From the NCBI GenBank assembly GCA_043228905.1, contig JBHGNT010000014.1:868001-932000 (forward strand): a DNA stretch of 64,000 nt. The letters run 5' to 3'. Under the pieces are notes generated by a model. That model did not search any database. It was not told the DNA's origin and saw only the letters and a list, made by a program, of their open reading frames with translations. Position 1 is the first letter of the stretch. Each line of letters opens with the position of its first letter. Source of the DNA: Azolla caroliniana. Its lineage: Eukaryota > Plantae > Polypodiophyta. Made by a program: the position numbers and the translations under genes. Shown here piece by piece: positions 1 through 12,914 of this stretch.

Positions 1-3000
1 CATCCCTTGGAAAGGCCATTGGTGAATTTTTTAGCATGCATTATGGGATGTCAGATGTGAATGTATATGGGGCACACCGAGTTGGGAAACATGGTGTTAC
101 TCGCTCCGGAGAAAGGCCTATTGTATGCACAATGACAGATGATACAAAGCGGCGGATCATACTCGAAAATAGTTGGGTATACCTCAAAGGTACACAATGC
201 TTTGTGAGTGAAGATCGTACTATCTCACAACAAAATGCTCGTCGTAAAACATATGAAGAAAGATTGAAAAACAAGGTTAAGGATGTGCCTAAAGATGGAA
301 ATGTAGGCAAATAGGGACACGTGATCTATGAGACTAACCCACGCCTTTTACGACTATGCTTTTGGAATTGCAATGGATACCCATGGAATGCGGGATTTGG
401 CATAGAGGAGTTCACCGATGACTCGGATATCACACTTCTTGTTGAAACATGGGAGCATGATACTCAAAGGATTCAAGGTTTAGGAAACTATAATGTACAC
501 TCTTTGATATGGAAGAAAAATCCAAGACAAAGAAGAGGACAAGGAGGGGTGGCATGTTTGATTAAGAAGGAAATAGAGAAATGTGTCAATCATAAAAAAC
601 GATGAAAATAAATGCTACATATGGCTCAAAATAGAAACACCTAATGATTTGCCCACTTTTGTAGTTGGATGTTACATTCCTCATCAAGATTTTAACTTTT
701 ATGCTTGTTTGGATAAAGATCAACCGTTTGCCAATCTAGAAGATGATATTGCTTATTTCAAATCCAAAGGGGAAGTTATTGTCTTTGGTGACATGAATGC
801 TCGTACAAGAAGTTTCCAACTTGATTCACAAGAATCTTTCATGCCACATATCTCAAGGATGCAAGAGGATATGCAAATGTATAATCGCTCTTCTAGTGAT
901 GAAAAAGATCCGGACCAATTTGGGAAGTTACTCCTACAAATGTGCAATAGTACCGGATTGCTTATTGCAAATGGTATTTCCTTATGGCCCAACACTAATG
1001 GTTTTACATGTAGAAAACATAACGGAAATAGTGTGATTGACTATGTGCTACTTTCCGAAGGTATTTTGGATCGTATACATAAATTCTCACTTGGTGAATG
1101 GACACCGGAATCCGATCATAAGCCTTTATGTATTGATCTCAAATGTATGCATAGGTTTGATTGTGAGAAAGCTATTGAAGATAATAAACAACCGCACTTG
1201 AGCATGAACCTTAAGCGAGCACCCATGTACTCCAAGATGGTTGAGGATATGTTACAAATGACAAAGATACAACATGGTGCCACACTAGAATGCAAATGGG
1301 AAGCTTTCAAGAAAGTCATTCTCTCATGTACAAACAAATGTTTTTCGACCAACCGCATATCTTGGAAATGCACCAAGAAACTTAGGAAAAAATGGTTTGA
1401 TAAAGAATGTCGTGAAGCTCGAAAGTGCCTTATGGTTTTGGATGTAGTTAAGGATAAAGAGAATTACCAAAAGCATTTGCATGAGTATAAAAGGCTTATT
1501 CAAAGAAAGAGAAGATTATGGGAAGTTACTCAACAATTTATCCAAACGCAAGAGAAAGCACATGCATGTGCTAAATTTTCGGGAAATCTAAAGGGAAAAC
1601 GTGTTGAGAGTTATGGTGACTTAACTCTTCACGACTTGTCTATGCATTGTAAGAATTTATATGAGTTATCTCTTGCCGGAAAGATGATGTGTTATGGTTC
1701 TCTTTCACATATGCCTCCCTTCTTTACAATTGAAGATATATATGCATAGGACTTAAGAAATTGGCCTCTTGAAAGGCAAGCGATCTTGAATGTATAAAGG
1801 CTGAAATGCTCAAATGGACAGGAAAGGAAGCACATATATGGATAAGCGATATGTTTAATGATGCATTGCAACATGGTATGCCGTACGATTGGACTACAAA
1901 TTGGATCAAACCTTTACATAAAGGTGGAGATATAAATAATGTAAACAACTATCGAACCATCATGGTTGGCTCATTAATGGCAAAACTATTTGGATGTATA
2001 ATGGAATCAAAGATAAGTGTATGGGCTGAAAAAAGTGGTAAGAGAGCTTATGGACAAGCTGGCTTTCAGAAACACCATAGCACCATTGATCACCTTATCA
2101 CCCTTCGAGTATTAATGGAGGAAAGTCGCCTTAGAGGTAAAGGTTTATATTGTTGCTTTGTAGACTTCAAGAAAGCTTTTGATATGGTACCTCGTGAGCA
2201 TCTTTGGAGGCGAATGGAAGAACTTGAGGTGCCAAGTGAATATATGCTTGCAATTTCCTGAATTTATGAGAAGGTTATATGTTGTGTGCGCATGAGAGAT
2301 AAACTTTCAGATTTTTTCAAAAGCACTATTGGTGTTAAGCCAGGATGCCCACTCTCACCAACACTATTTGGTCTATGCATTGATGAATTGGAAGAAATGG
2401 TTACCAAGTTTGCAAAGGAAGAATGTGTTGAAGAAGTTGCCATTGGGAATGTTGTGATTATGCTTTTGTTATATGTAGATGATGTAGTGCTTTTTGCAAA
2501 TACTTTAGGAGATACACAAAAGCTTATGAAGGCATTGGAAATTTTTTGCATGCATACTAAATTAAGTGTCAATAGCTCTAAAACAAAGATTATGCTTGTG
2601 AAGAGCCAAAAAAGAGATAAACCATGCATTATGTACAACAATGAGCCACTTGAATGTGTGGAAAGCTTCAAATATCTTGGCCTTGAAGTTCCTTCAAATC
2701 CTAGATGGAATGAATGTGCTACACGCCGTTTAGAGGCGGGCAAGCGAGCATACTATGCATTTGAGAACACATGCAATCTTGGAGATATTACGTGTTGGGT
2801 CCTCAAGAAATATCTTTTCGACACTTTGGTGACACCGGTTCTTCTCTATGGGGTGGAAGTATGGGGCGCTAGCATCCCTAAATCTACGTGGAAAGCGTTT
2901 GAAAATGTCCAAAAGCATTTTCTTACCAAGTTTCTACAAGTTAAGAAACAAACGCCCTACACCCTCCTCCTTGAGACGGGATTGCTTCCCATTAAGATCA

Positions 3001-3747
3001 TGGCCATGGAAAGGGTTGTTGAATACATGCTTAAGGTTCAAAAAAGTTCCTCACATTGACTTCCTAGAATTGTGTGGGAAGCAAGCAAAAAGATCCAAAA
3101 GACACATAAAAGCAAAATTTTGTGTTCTAGTTGGATGCAAGATATAGAAAAATGGTTTGGTAGATGGGATGCAAGACACTTGCTTCATGATGCATCATTA
3201 GATTACTCTGTAAATGAGGCATTTTTGCAACGCCAATGTATCATGACATGGTACAAATGTGGAGGCTCACGCTTCACACATTATACTACACATGTTGCAC
3301 CTAACTACAAAACCATATTCTTTGAGGAATGGGGAAATTGTACACATCCGTACATGTTAGAGCCCATACCGTTATCTTCCATTCGAACCATTGCTTCCAT
3401 GCGACTTAGCTCACATGCATTGCGATGTGAAACAGGGCGTTGGGGTACAAGTGATGAGAGTGGTCGGCTATGCACACTTTGCCCTAAACAAGTTCGCGAG
3501 TCTGAGTATCACACTTTGATACAATGCTCTGCCTTTGATCATATTCGACCATGCTTTCCACATCTCTTCGATCGAGCCCAATCTTTGCATGAATTCCTCT
3601 CACAACCACAATGTGCACTCTCGATTGCAACATTCATTGGTAAAGTTCTTGAACATAGAGAGTCACTACTCACTTTCAAACGTATCACGTGAAATGTAAT
3701 ATTTTTGGTCTCATAGGTCATATTTGACCTCTGAAGACGATAATATA

Positions 3748-3783
<36 letters not shown>
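1..3783 (+). mobile_element. RTE-X-like LINE copy 1 (ORF1 end + frameshifted ORF2), ending in (CTAT)n tail
   Basis: ORF1 C-terminus (36-314: HRVGK..RPIV..KRRIIL..FVSED). ORF2 endonuclease motifs (FWNCNG, VETW, GGVA, GDMNAR, IDYV, SDH) and RT motifs (QAGF, FVDFKKAFD, GCPLSPTLF, LLYVDD, KYLG). C-terminal RLSSHxLxxETGRW..CxxC..E.H...C. Stops/frameshifts near 590, 1749, 2261 and 3059. 3' hairpin 3715-3730; tail 3748-3783. Confidence 0.9.
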
Positions 3784-3785
<2 letters not shown>

Positions 3786-5339
3786 TAGTGCTCGCTTAGG
3801 TAAATTCTTGATGACCCAAGCAACCAAAGATAGGCTAACGAGAGGGTATGCATCCCTCTCACTCTTAGAGAGACAATGCCACCATGCATACTTTCAAGAG
3901 CCATGGACTAAGGGATGGCTTTTCTACTCATTAGTGACCCCTTCCCTCATGTATGCATCAGTAGTATGGGCTCCAGGTCTACCATCTTTCATGTGGATGC
4001 TATTAGAGAGACCTTTGGTGACGATGTTATCACGTCAACTCCAAAGCAAATCGACAGTACCACATGACATTATTAGAGCAGAGTTCAATCTGCCCCTGAT
4101 GTTAGTAGAAGCATTGTTTCAAGTGGTAGTTATTATTCATCGGATGCATAACCAACCACAAGATAGGATATCTCGTCGAGCCTTTGAGGCATCCCGATCC
4201 CTACATGTGTCTAGAGACACTAGCTCTTGGTATAACATTGTGGTGAGTTGGTTACTTGCAAACGACATAGACATTAATAACCTACCCCCCCTTAAGTACA
4301 ACCATGGGACTGATCAAACTCTAATATCTCATGAAGACCATAATAAAGTGATACGCCAAGAAATATGGCAAATTTACACTCGATATAAATGGATCACCCC
4401 ACGAGAGCCACTCTCATCTAAAATGTTGTACTATAAGGAACACTTCTTGCACTTCTCTCAATTAGGTTTTATTATACGACCAAGATATCTAAATACATTC
4501 TTATCAAATGCAATAAGGGTGACCATTGGACAACTTAGGATATCATCTCACCAACTTGAGATTGAGAATAGTCGGGCTAATAGAGTCCCTAGAGAGGAAA
4601 GGCTATGTAGGTTGTGCCACATAGAGATAGAGGATGAGTATCACTTCACATGCAAGTGCCCAACTTATGCCAAGATACGATTGGAATACCAAGACATATT
4701 AGGACCCTCTCCCACTCTCTTCAAACTATTAAATACCCTAGATGTAAAGAGACTGGGTAGGTATATCTTAGAGCTAAAACAACATAGGGAGAATAAATTA
4801 CAAAGTGTTAACCATAACCCTTTTACTATTCATCAACGTGTAACTAGTGTAATTTTTTAGGAACAAGGGGAGACGATGAATGTGGATACACTTACACCGC
4901 TCGACCTCACTCTTGAGGAAGCCGAAATGCAAAGAACAACCAAACGCCCTCAGATGTTGGGCTTCAAAACAAGTCGACACGGAATAGAAAGGATTAAGAA
5001 GATAAGGGAACGTGAGCTACATTGACTAGAAGCTATGGTTGGGGTACCTTTCACATTGGGGCCACGGGCCACATCCACATTGAAACCCTTTGACCTCCCT
5101 CTTCTCTTCAAGAGATTTGGATGGAAATGAAATTAGGCCTAGTATAACATCATTTTTATTGTAGAACATGTTTGTTATTTTACTAGAACTATTTAGCTTA
5201 AAACTCTATTTTTTTTTTACTTTCGATGAATGGGTAAATATCCCATTTTTTGTTGTAAACCATTTGTCTCATGGGCCAATTTTGGCCTTAGAAGACGTTA
5301 ATATATCTTTCTTTCTTTCTTTCTTTCTCTCTCTCTCTC
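3784..5339 (+). mobile_element. 5'-truncated RTE-X-like LINE copy 2 (different family), (CTTT)n/(CT)n tail
   Basis: Post-RT region in the 3724-4860 frame (LVTPSLMYASVVW; LRISSHQLEIE..RLCRLC..EDEYHFTCKCP). Same 3' signature as copy 1 (hairpin + GAAGACGTTAATAT), then microsatellite 5306-5339. Confidence 0.8.
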
Positions 5340-5399
5340 CAATAATTTCTCTAAATGCAAGAAAAAGCACATGCATGTGTCAGACTTAATTATTGTTAA

Positions 5400-7885
5400 C
5401 TTGTTTATGCATTGTAAGAGTTTATATGAGCAATCAATTGCCGGAAAGATGATTGTTATGGTTCTCTTTCACATATGTCTCCCTTCTTTATGATTGAAGA
5501 TGTATGCATAGGATTTAAGAAATTGGTCTCTTGAAAGATAAGATTTTCAATGTATAAAGGCTAAAATGCGCAAATAGACGGGAAAGGAAGCACCTGCGTG
5601 GATAAACTGAAATATTTTATCATGCATTGCAACATGGCATGCCCTATGATTTTCCTACAAATTGGATGAAACCTTTACATAAAGGTGGAGATGTAAATAA
5701 TATAAACAACTAGCGAACCATTGTGGTGGGCTCGTTAATGGCAAAACTATTTGGATGTATTATGGAATCAAGGATAAGTGCACGAGCTAAAAAATTGGTA
5801 AGAGAGCTTATGGACAAGTTGGTTTTCAAAAACACCATAACACCATAACTCACCTTGTCACCCATTGAGTATTAATGAAGGGAAGTCGCTTTTGATATAT
5901 GGTGCCTCATGAGCATCTTTGGAGGTGAATAAAAGAACTTGGTGTGTCAAGTGAATATATACTTGCAATTTCCCCAATTTATGAGAAATTATATGTTGTG
6001 TGTCTATTGGTGATTGAAGTGATTGGTGTTAAGAAAAAATACCCACTAATACCAACTCTATTTGGTATATCCATTGATGAATTAGAACGAATGGTTGCCA
6101 ATGTTGTAAAGGACAAATGTGTTGAAGAAGTTGCCATTACAAATGTAGTCGTCATGCCTTTTTTGTATGCAAATGATGTAGTGTTTTTTGCAAATAGTTT
6201 AGGAGATAAAAAGCTTATGAGGGAATTGGAAGAATTTTGCATGCATACTAAATTAAGTGTCAATATCTTTAAAACAAAGATTATATTTGTGAAGAGAGAA
6301 AAAAAACAATAAACACATGCAATAATGGAGAAATTAAGAGTTGGGTTCTCAAGAAATACGATTTTGACACTTTGGTGATTCTAGTGCTTTGTCTATGTAA
6401 CGGAAGTATGAGCATGTGGCATCCATAAATCTACTTAGAAGGAGTTTGAAAATTTCCAAAATCATTTTCGTACAAAGTTTCTCCAGGCAAGAAATAAATG
6501 CCATATACCATCCCACTTCTTGATAGGGGATCACTTCCCATTGAGATCATGGCCATGGAAATGGTTGTTGAATACATGCTTAAGGTTCAAAAAAGTATCC
6601 TAGAATTGCATGCAAAGAGATCCAAAAGACACATAAAGGCCAAATATGTAAGATATGGAAAAATGGCCAAAGACACGCTTGCTTCATGATTCATCTCTAA
6701 ATTTCTTTAAAATGAAGCCTTTTTGCAACAACAATACATCCTGACATGGGAAAAATATAAAGGCTCCCACTTTACACATTATAATGTATGTGTTACACCT
6801 AACTACAAAACCATATTATTTGTTGAATGGAGAAATTATATCAATCAATACATGTTAGGGCCCTTCATGGTGTTTGCCATCCGAACCATTGTTTACATGC
6901 GACTTAGCTCATATGCACGCAACACTACGATGTGAGATGGGGAGTTGGGGCACAAGTAATGAGAGTATTCGACAATGCACACTTTGCTCGGAACAAGTTT
7001 GGGAATTTGGGTATCACACTTTGATACAATGCTCTTCTTTTGATCACATTCGCTACGTTTTCCACACACCTTTGAAACCCAATATTTGCACATTTATCTT
7101 ATAGTTACATTATGCACTCTCAATTGTGACATTCATTAGTATTTTTGTTTAGTATCCAACACTTGAGACATTAGTTGTGGAGATCGCTACACCAACGAGG
7201 GACATGGAGCTCAACTAAGTGTAGGAAAAGGGGGATAGAAGAAACCAAATAGGAAGCAATGTAAGCCAATGGGCAACCTAGTGTGAAAGGAACTCACTTA
7301 CCTTGTAAAAAATTGTAAAAGCCATATTTTGATGTCTTTTGTAGCTCTTCTCGAATGTTAGGTTTTCTCTTTCTCATTAGTGCATTAGAGCTCCTTCTCT
7401 ATCCCATTAATCTCCCACTAGAGCTAAGACAGGTTAGAGTTAAGAGTTGAGTAAGCCAAACCCTAACCTCTTCCTTTTGTATGGTGTTAAACCTCCTTAC
7501 AATAAAGTAGTGTATTATTTCTTATGTCTTCATATTTACATCTATTACTAAGTGTAAAAAGAGAGTTGTGTGTGTGTGTGTGAGAGAGAGAGAGACAGAG
7601 AGAGAGACAGAGAGAGAGAGAGGTCAAGTACTAATCGTTAAGTTAACTAGTAGCTCCAAGGTGCTCGACAACCACCTTGGCCCCGTTTGCCACTAAAACG
7701 GTGTATACCGGTTCGGATCCTAGGCCAATGACATTGATGGGAGGCAAAACTTCATTGATTCATAGACATATTCCCATGAAGCACATGGAAGCCACAAAAT
7801 AAAGTTCTTAAACATCAAGAGTTGCTACTCACTTTCACATGTATTACATGAATTTTTTTTATCTCATAGATCATATTTTACCTTC
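5400..7885 (+). pseudogene. Degenerate 5'-truncated RTE-X-like LINE copy 3 (same family as copy 1), interrupted by an insert at 7142-7799
   Basis: 5400-7140 is collinear with ~1637-3641 and resumes at 7801 (AAAGTTCTT..), matching 3642-3730. Many stops and frameshifts. Confidence 0.85.
7142..7799. mobile_element. Unclassified 658-bp insertion (solo-LTR-like or TA-targeting element)
   Basis: Splits the LINE site CATTAG-TA-AAGTTC, with TA on both sides. Termini are TTTTTGT..ACAAAA. Contains AATAAA and a (GT)/(GA) microsatellite; no ORF. Confidence 0.55.
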
Positions 7886-7889
7886 TAGG

Positions 7890-8070
7890 AGGATTCTCTC
7901 ACAGTTGCAATGTGCACTCTCGACTACAACATTCATTAGTAAAGTTCCTGAACATCGAGAGTCACTACTCACGTTCACATATATTATGTGAAATGTAATA
8001 GTTTGGTCTTCTCTCAGATAAATCGCAATCAATCTCCCATGAACATTAAAGAGATATCTATCTATCTATT
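7890..8070 (+). mobile_element. Short 3'-end fragment of an RTE-X-like LINE (copy 4) with (CTAT)n remnant
   Basis: 7890-8010 matches ~3590-3710; ATCTATCTATCTAT at ~8056-8069. Confidence 0.65.
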
Positions 8071-8331
8071 TGCTTGTCATTTTCAAGCTTTCTCTTTCCT
8101 TTTCACTTCTTGTTTCTTTCTACATCTTGAAGAATTTTAATGCTTCAGTGATCAAGGCAATGTCATTATTTGAGTATTCAGCAATAGGGATTTCACTATT
8201 GGGTGCTTGTAGGAAATGGGGAAATGTGAAGCTTTGGAGATAGTCTTTTGATCAAGTCATACAACTAGATAACAATGGTGCGGCGGCATATGTTTGCATG
8301 GATGATATATTTGGAAGCGCTACTATGTTAG

Positions 8332-9995
8332 TGTCAGGATCAGTACTAAGATAGAGAAGGAATTAGTACTAAAAGATGAGGATTAGTACTAAGAGAGGTA
8401 TAGAACTCTCGAGAGAAGGAAAGGGTGAGAGAGAGAGAGATAGAGAGAGAAAAAGGGTGAGAGAATGATGATAAAAGATATATATTATGTGAAGAGAGTA
8501 TACAATAGTAGGTAGGAGGCTTAAGACTGGCGTTGAACCGATTTGGTTTGAAATAATGCCTTGTGCCTCCTTTTATAGTATTCTCAGGAATACTCTTGAA
8601 GTTTCTAGAATGTTCTAGAGAAATCTGGAATATACATCAATTTTCTATAATAAAACTTAAATGAAAATAATATTCTACGTATTACAATAGATGGTATAAT
8701 GGTCAAGAGCTCGACCTATATAAGCTAAGGTTTGCCATATCATGACACTATCCCCCCTTTAAAACGACAAGTGTCACGAGCCGTTTTGGATTGAGGACCC
8801 GATTTGTCTGGATATTGACGATGGAAGTCTTCAAGAAGAGCACGAGCATTGGTCACATTCGCTATCGGTTCCCAAGTACGCTCGTTGGGACTATATCCTA
8901 GCCAATCGACTAGATAGTAGAGCTTGTTGCGAACAATCTTGGAATCAAGGATGGCAACAACCTCGTACTCAGGTCCATCTTCAAGTTCGATCGGGGGTGG
9001 AGGTTGTGTAATACGTCCTGGGATGGTGTTGTCTTGATAGGGTTCGAGGAGAGAACTATGAAACACCGGATGTATCCGAAGTTGCGGAGGTAGATCGAGA
9101 CGAAAAGCGACATCATTAATCTTTTCGATAATACGGAAAGGACCTAATCGCCGATAATCCAACTTCTTGATGTGTCGTCGTAGTAGCCATACCCGATCTC
9201 TGACGTTAAAACTGGATGAAAGCCGATGACGATTTGCATAAACCTTGTTGTTGAGCTCGCTGGAGATGAGTAGATAAATCTGCTTGTATCTTGCGTAATT
9301 GCTCCAAACGATCCTCTGCACAAGGATTTGTAGGTAACTCTAGTGTTTCAAATACACACCATCGGGGGTGATAGCCCGTATAAGCATAAAATGGCGTAAC
9401 TTTAGTCGATGTGTGGATAGAGTTATTATAGGCAAATTCGGCGAAGTGGAGAATATCTGCCCAGTCATCCTGATGATAGCTTAGAAAGCATCGAAGATAC
9501 TCCTCCAGCGTTTGATTTGTTCGTTTTGCTTCGCTGTCTGTAGCCGGAGGAGAGGTTACAAGTGATCTTGACCATTTTAAAAAGGTGCTTCTTGAATTTT
9601 GAGACAAACTGGGGTCCACGGTCGCTGATGATACTATCGGGAAGGTCATGATGCCGACATACTTCACGCATGACAATTTTAGCGGTTTCTTCGTTGGAGA
9701 TTATCTTAGTACATGGCAAGAAATGAGCCATCTTTGTATATCGATCTACTACTGTTAGAATCGCATTAAATCCCTTCGAGACTGGAAGATCTGTGATGAA
9801 ATCTAGAGCAATGGATTGCCACGACTTGCTTGGAATTGGTAATGGTTCTAATAAACCATATGGATGATGCCTTGGCATTTTCGCTCTACAACATATATCA
9901 GAAGTCCGAACAAAATCTTCGACAAATTGTTGCATACAGGGCCACCATAATGATTGTTGTACTAAGTCTAATGTCTTAGTACTACCAATATGCGC
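8332..9995 (-). mobile_element. Ty3/gypsy chromovirus 3' portion (integrase + chromodomain, PPT, 3' LTR 8332-8747)
   Basis: Integrase motifs (GLLEPLPIP..WQSIALDFITDLP..VVDRYTKMAHF, ISDRGPQF, RTNQTLEEYLR), GPF/HPVFH module and chromodomain EYEVVAILDS..YLVDWLGY..TWEP. PPT 8748-8764. LTR bounded by TGTCAGGAT/ATCATGACA. Tcn1-like assignment is inference. Confidence 0.9.
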
Positions 9996-10173
9996 TCGCT
10001 ACAAGAGTTGACCCACCACAAGACAGAGTCTCGACGTAGTCAACAAGATGATGAAATGAGGGTAGCTAAGCCTCTTATTTATAGCGATACCCAAGGCCCC
10101 CATGCAAGTTCACACTTGGCCTAATGGGTTGTAACACGTTTGTGTTCACAAGTGGAAGGATCGCGCATAAATT

Positions 10174-11120
10174 TTACGGAGAATCACTACTATAACTAAT
10201 ATACAATGACGATTCCTCCTCGTCATCCTCGAATGTACCAATCAGTGCATTATCTTCGTCATAAACCAAATGGTTTGACTCTAGATTATATGTAGCAAAT
10301 CTCGTTTGCCTTTGACTTGAGCCACCTTGTAGACCTGGTAATTTTTCTTTTATTATATCTATTGTTGACTTCCTTAATTGTCTGGCTTTTGTAAGTGTGA
10401 AGTCGTACACGATGATATCCACATCAGAGATATCAAGGGTCGCTTCGTCTTCCTACCTCCCCTTCTTGTTGGGCATTCAATCATCTCCAATGTATACTTG
10501 CCTGTAAAAGCATTTGCACTTCTAGTGTTGTACCAATGAACATTTATAGACTTGATCGTGTTTTCTATTTCATGTATTAGCACTTCTAGAATTTTACCAA
10601 CCCAAAATTGGTGGCCATGTGAGTTCTCATCAGCCGGCGTTGCAATCAACATCCCCATGGTGAGCACTTGCAAATTGCCTTGCCATCTAGCTTCGGCTGC
10701 TTTGGTCATCCTTGGTCCCACATAAATGCCTCTTTGTTGTGGATGGACCAAGCTGTCATTAATCACATTTGCTGGTTGCTCTAGAGTTCTATTTACACGA
10801 TCATGTTGCAGCGACCATGTGAATGGCGTTTCCAAATTCCAATTATCACCAAATACACAATTGTCTATAATTCCTTTCTGATCACTATAAAATACATCCC
10901 ACCATGGTGTGTCTTGTTGTGCGGCATATTTCTTGGCGGCCTCAATATGCTTTCTTTTTTCTTCTAAGGCTTGGAGCCATGACCGTTTTTGTTCCGATAC
11001 CAAGTCACTCTGTAACTGTCCTTTCTTCTCAATTGGCATTTGCTTAGCTCCATGGACAATTGTACTCGGCATACAAAGTAATAACTGGCAACCACCTTCA
11101 GGTTCCCATGTTGTATTTAA
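10174..11120 (-). pseudogene. Frameshifted fragment of an unknown, probably DNA-transposon-associated protein
   Basis: ORFs 10374-11072 and 10174-10422 join into ..WEPEGG..LL..P..FWVGKI..VHWY..FTGKY..DFTLTK..LRKST. No retroelement motifs; lies between LTR-element remnants. Confidence 0.4.
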
Positions 11121-12914
11121 ACATTTTTAATATAATTTTGTTTACCTTCTTTTCCGAACGGAACATTGCCGATGTGCCGAATCGGGTGCGTAGTGTCGTC
11201 TCCGGTTTCGACATAGCCAGGTTGGTCCGACTCTCGAAGTTCTCGGAACCATTCTTGATGCGATGTCATATGGTTCGAGGCACCGGAATCGACGAACCAT
11301 ACGTCTTCCGGACCGGAGGCACTAGTTGAGGTAGAGGTCGACATAGAGTTTTCTCTATGTTTCATCATGAACATTCCGCCACGGTCGGAGTTGCGTGCAT
11401 ACATTCCGCCACCATCTTCGTAGTCGGAGTTATTCCCGTACATTCCGCTATACTCTTCGTAGTCGTGAGTTGTCGGCTTGTGGAAGCCGATTCACGCATC
11501 TTCTTTCGGCACTCTTCTTCGTGGTGGCCGAGTTTTCCGCAATATCCGCATTTGGTTGTGTTTTGACGGCTCGGGCCGGAGTGGAAGCTCCCCCTTCTTG
11601 CGAAGGTTCCTCGTTGGGCCTCCATTTTGCAGCCGAAATTTGGAGTTGTTGTTGTAGGTCGGACCTCGTCCGCCTTGTCCTTGGCTGAATCGGCCTCTCG
11701 CTTGTCCGCGTCCTCTTCCTCTGTTAGAGTGTGTGTAGAGCATGTGGCCTTCCGACTCATTGCTCCTTGTACGCACGTGGTTTTCTTCGACCAATAGCAT
11801 TGATTGGAGCTCAAAGAAGGAGGGAGATTTCGAATGTGCTAGAACGGCGGTTCGCATCGCACCGAACCGTGGTGCGAGGCCATCGAGGCATATTTGCACC
11901 ATCTCATCATCATCTATACTTACACTTATTGAGCCAAGCAAGTCGCAAAGCTCCTTGATCTTCAAGGTGTATGTCGTGATGGACATGTCCCTTTGTTGGA
12001 TGTTGTTCAACTCTTGGCGGAGGTGAAGCTTCCTCGCGGTCGTGTTGGCGGCGAAAATCTTTCGTAGATTTTCCCACACTTCCTTCATTGTCTTGGCTTC
12101 TCGAATGTAACCGAGCATGTGGTCGTGAGCACATGTCACCAAACAATACATCACGTGGCTTGCGGCTTGTGGCTTGCTCCCATGTCGCGTATCTGGGAGC
12201 CGCTTCGGCGGGTCGATCTTCATGCACTCCTTTGATGTAGCTCCAATAACCTTGTCCGACAAGGTATTGGTGCATCTTGTACTCCCAAGATGCAAAGTTG
12301 TTTCGATCCAACTTCTCGGTAGGGAGAGCGCTCCCCATTTGAGTATTCATTATGTCGATTCTTCTTCTTCTTCTTCTTCTTCTCTCTTCGAATGTGTGCT
12401 ATGTAGCGAAGCTACGATAGCGATGAGCCGGTTCTTGGTCGTTGGCGTGGAGCACAACACACGATCACGATGAGGCGAATGGGCTAGATCGAGCTACCAA
12501 ATCGCTCTGATACCATGTAAAGAATCAAGAGATGGATTCTTGTGAAGCGGAATAGGTGTGAATTGTGTGTGTATGAGAGAAAGAGAGAGAGAGAGAGTGA
12601 GTGAGTGAGACAAGGAATAACACAGAGAATACGCAAGGTAGAAATATATTAACAAAGGAGAAAGACCCAACAAAATACAAGGTGGGAGGAGGGTGCTTTA
12701 TATAGTGACCCTCTCTCTTTATTAACTACAAGACTCATGGAGCATGGGGAATGTGAAAGCTCAAAAGTTATGTGTCATAGAATATGATTCTATGACTCAT
12801 ACTAAATGCTAGAATACAAAGAGGTGGCATAATGGTGACTTTTGACCATTGGAGTGTCTATTCACTCTAAAGGTGAGTTCACACACTAGACCAAGTTGAG
12901 CTTGATTCTCAACA
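11117..12914 (-). mobile_element. Ty1/Copia 5' portion (5' LTR 12516-12914, tRNA-iMet PBS, gag, protease), truncated
   Basis: LTR ends TGTTGAGAATCAAG/CTTGATTCTTTACA. PBS TGGTATCAGAGC at 12504-12515. Gag (EKLDRNNFASWEYKM), zinc knuckle CGYCGKLGHHEEEC and protease WFVDSGASNHMT. Confidence 0.9.

Noticed and set aside
3724-3790. N-terminus of the 378-aa ORF (IYLSIYLS)
   Set aside because: It is read-through of the previous LINE's (CTAT)n tail, not a real start.
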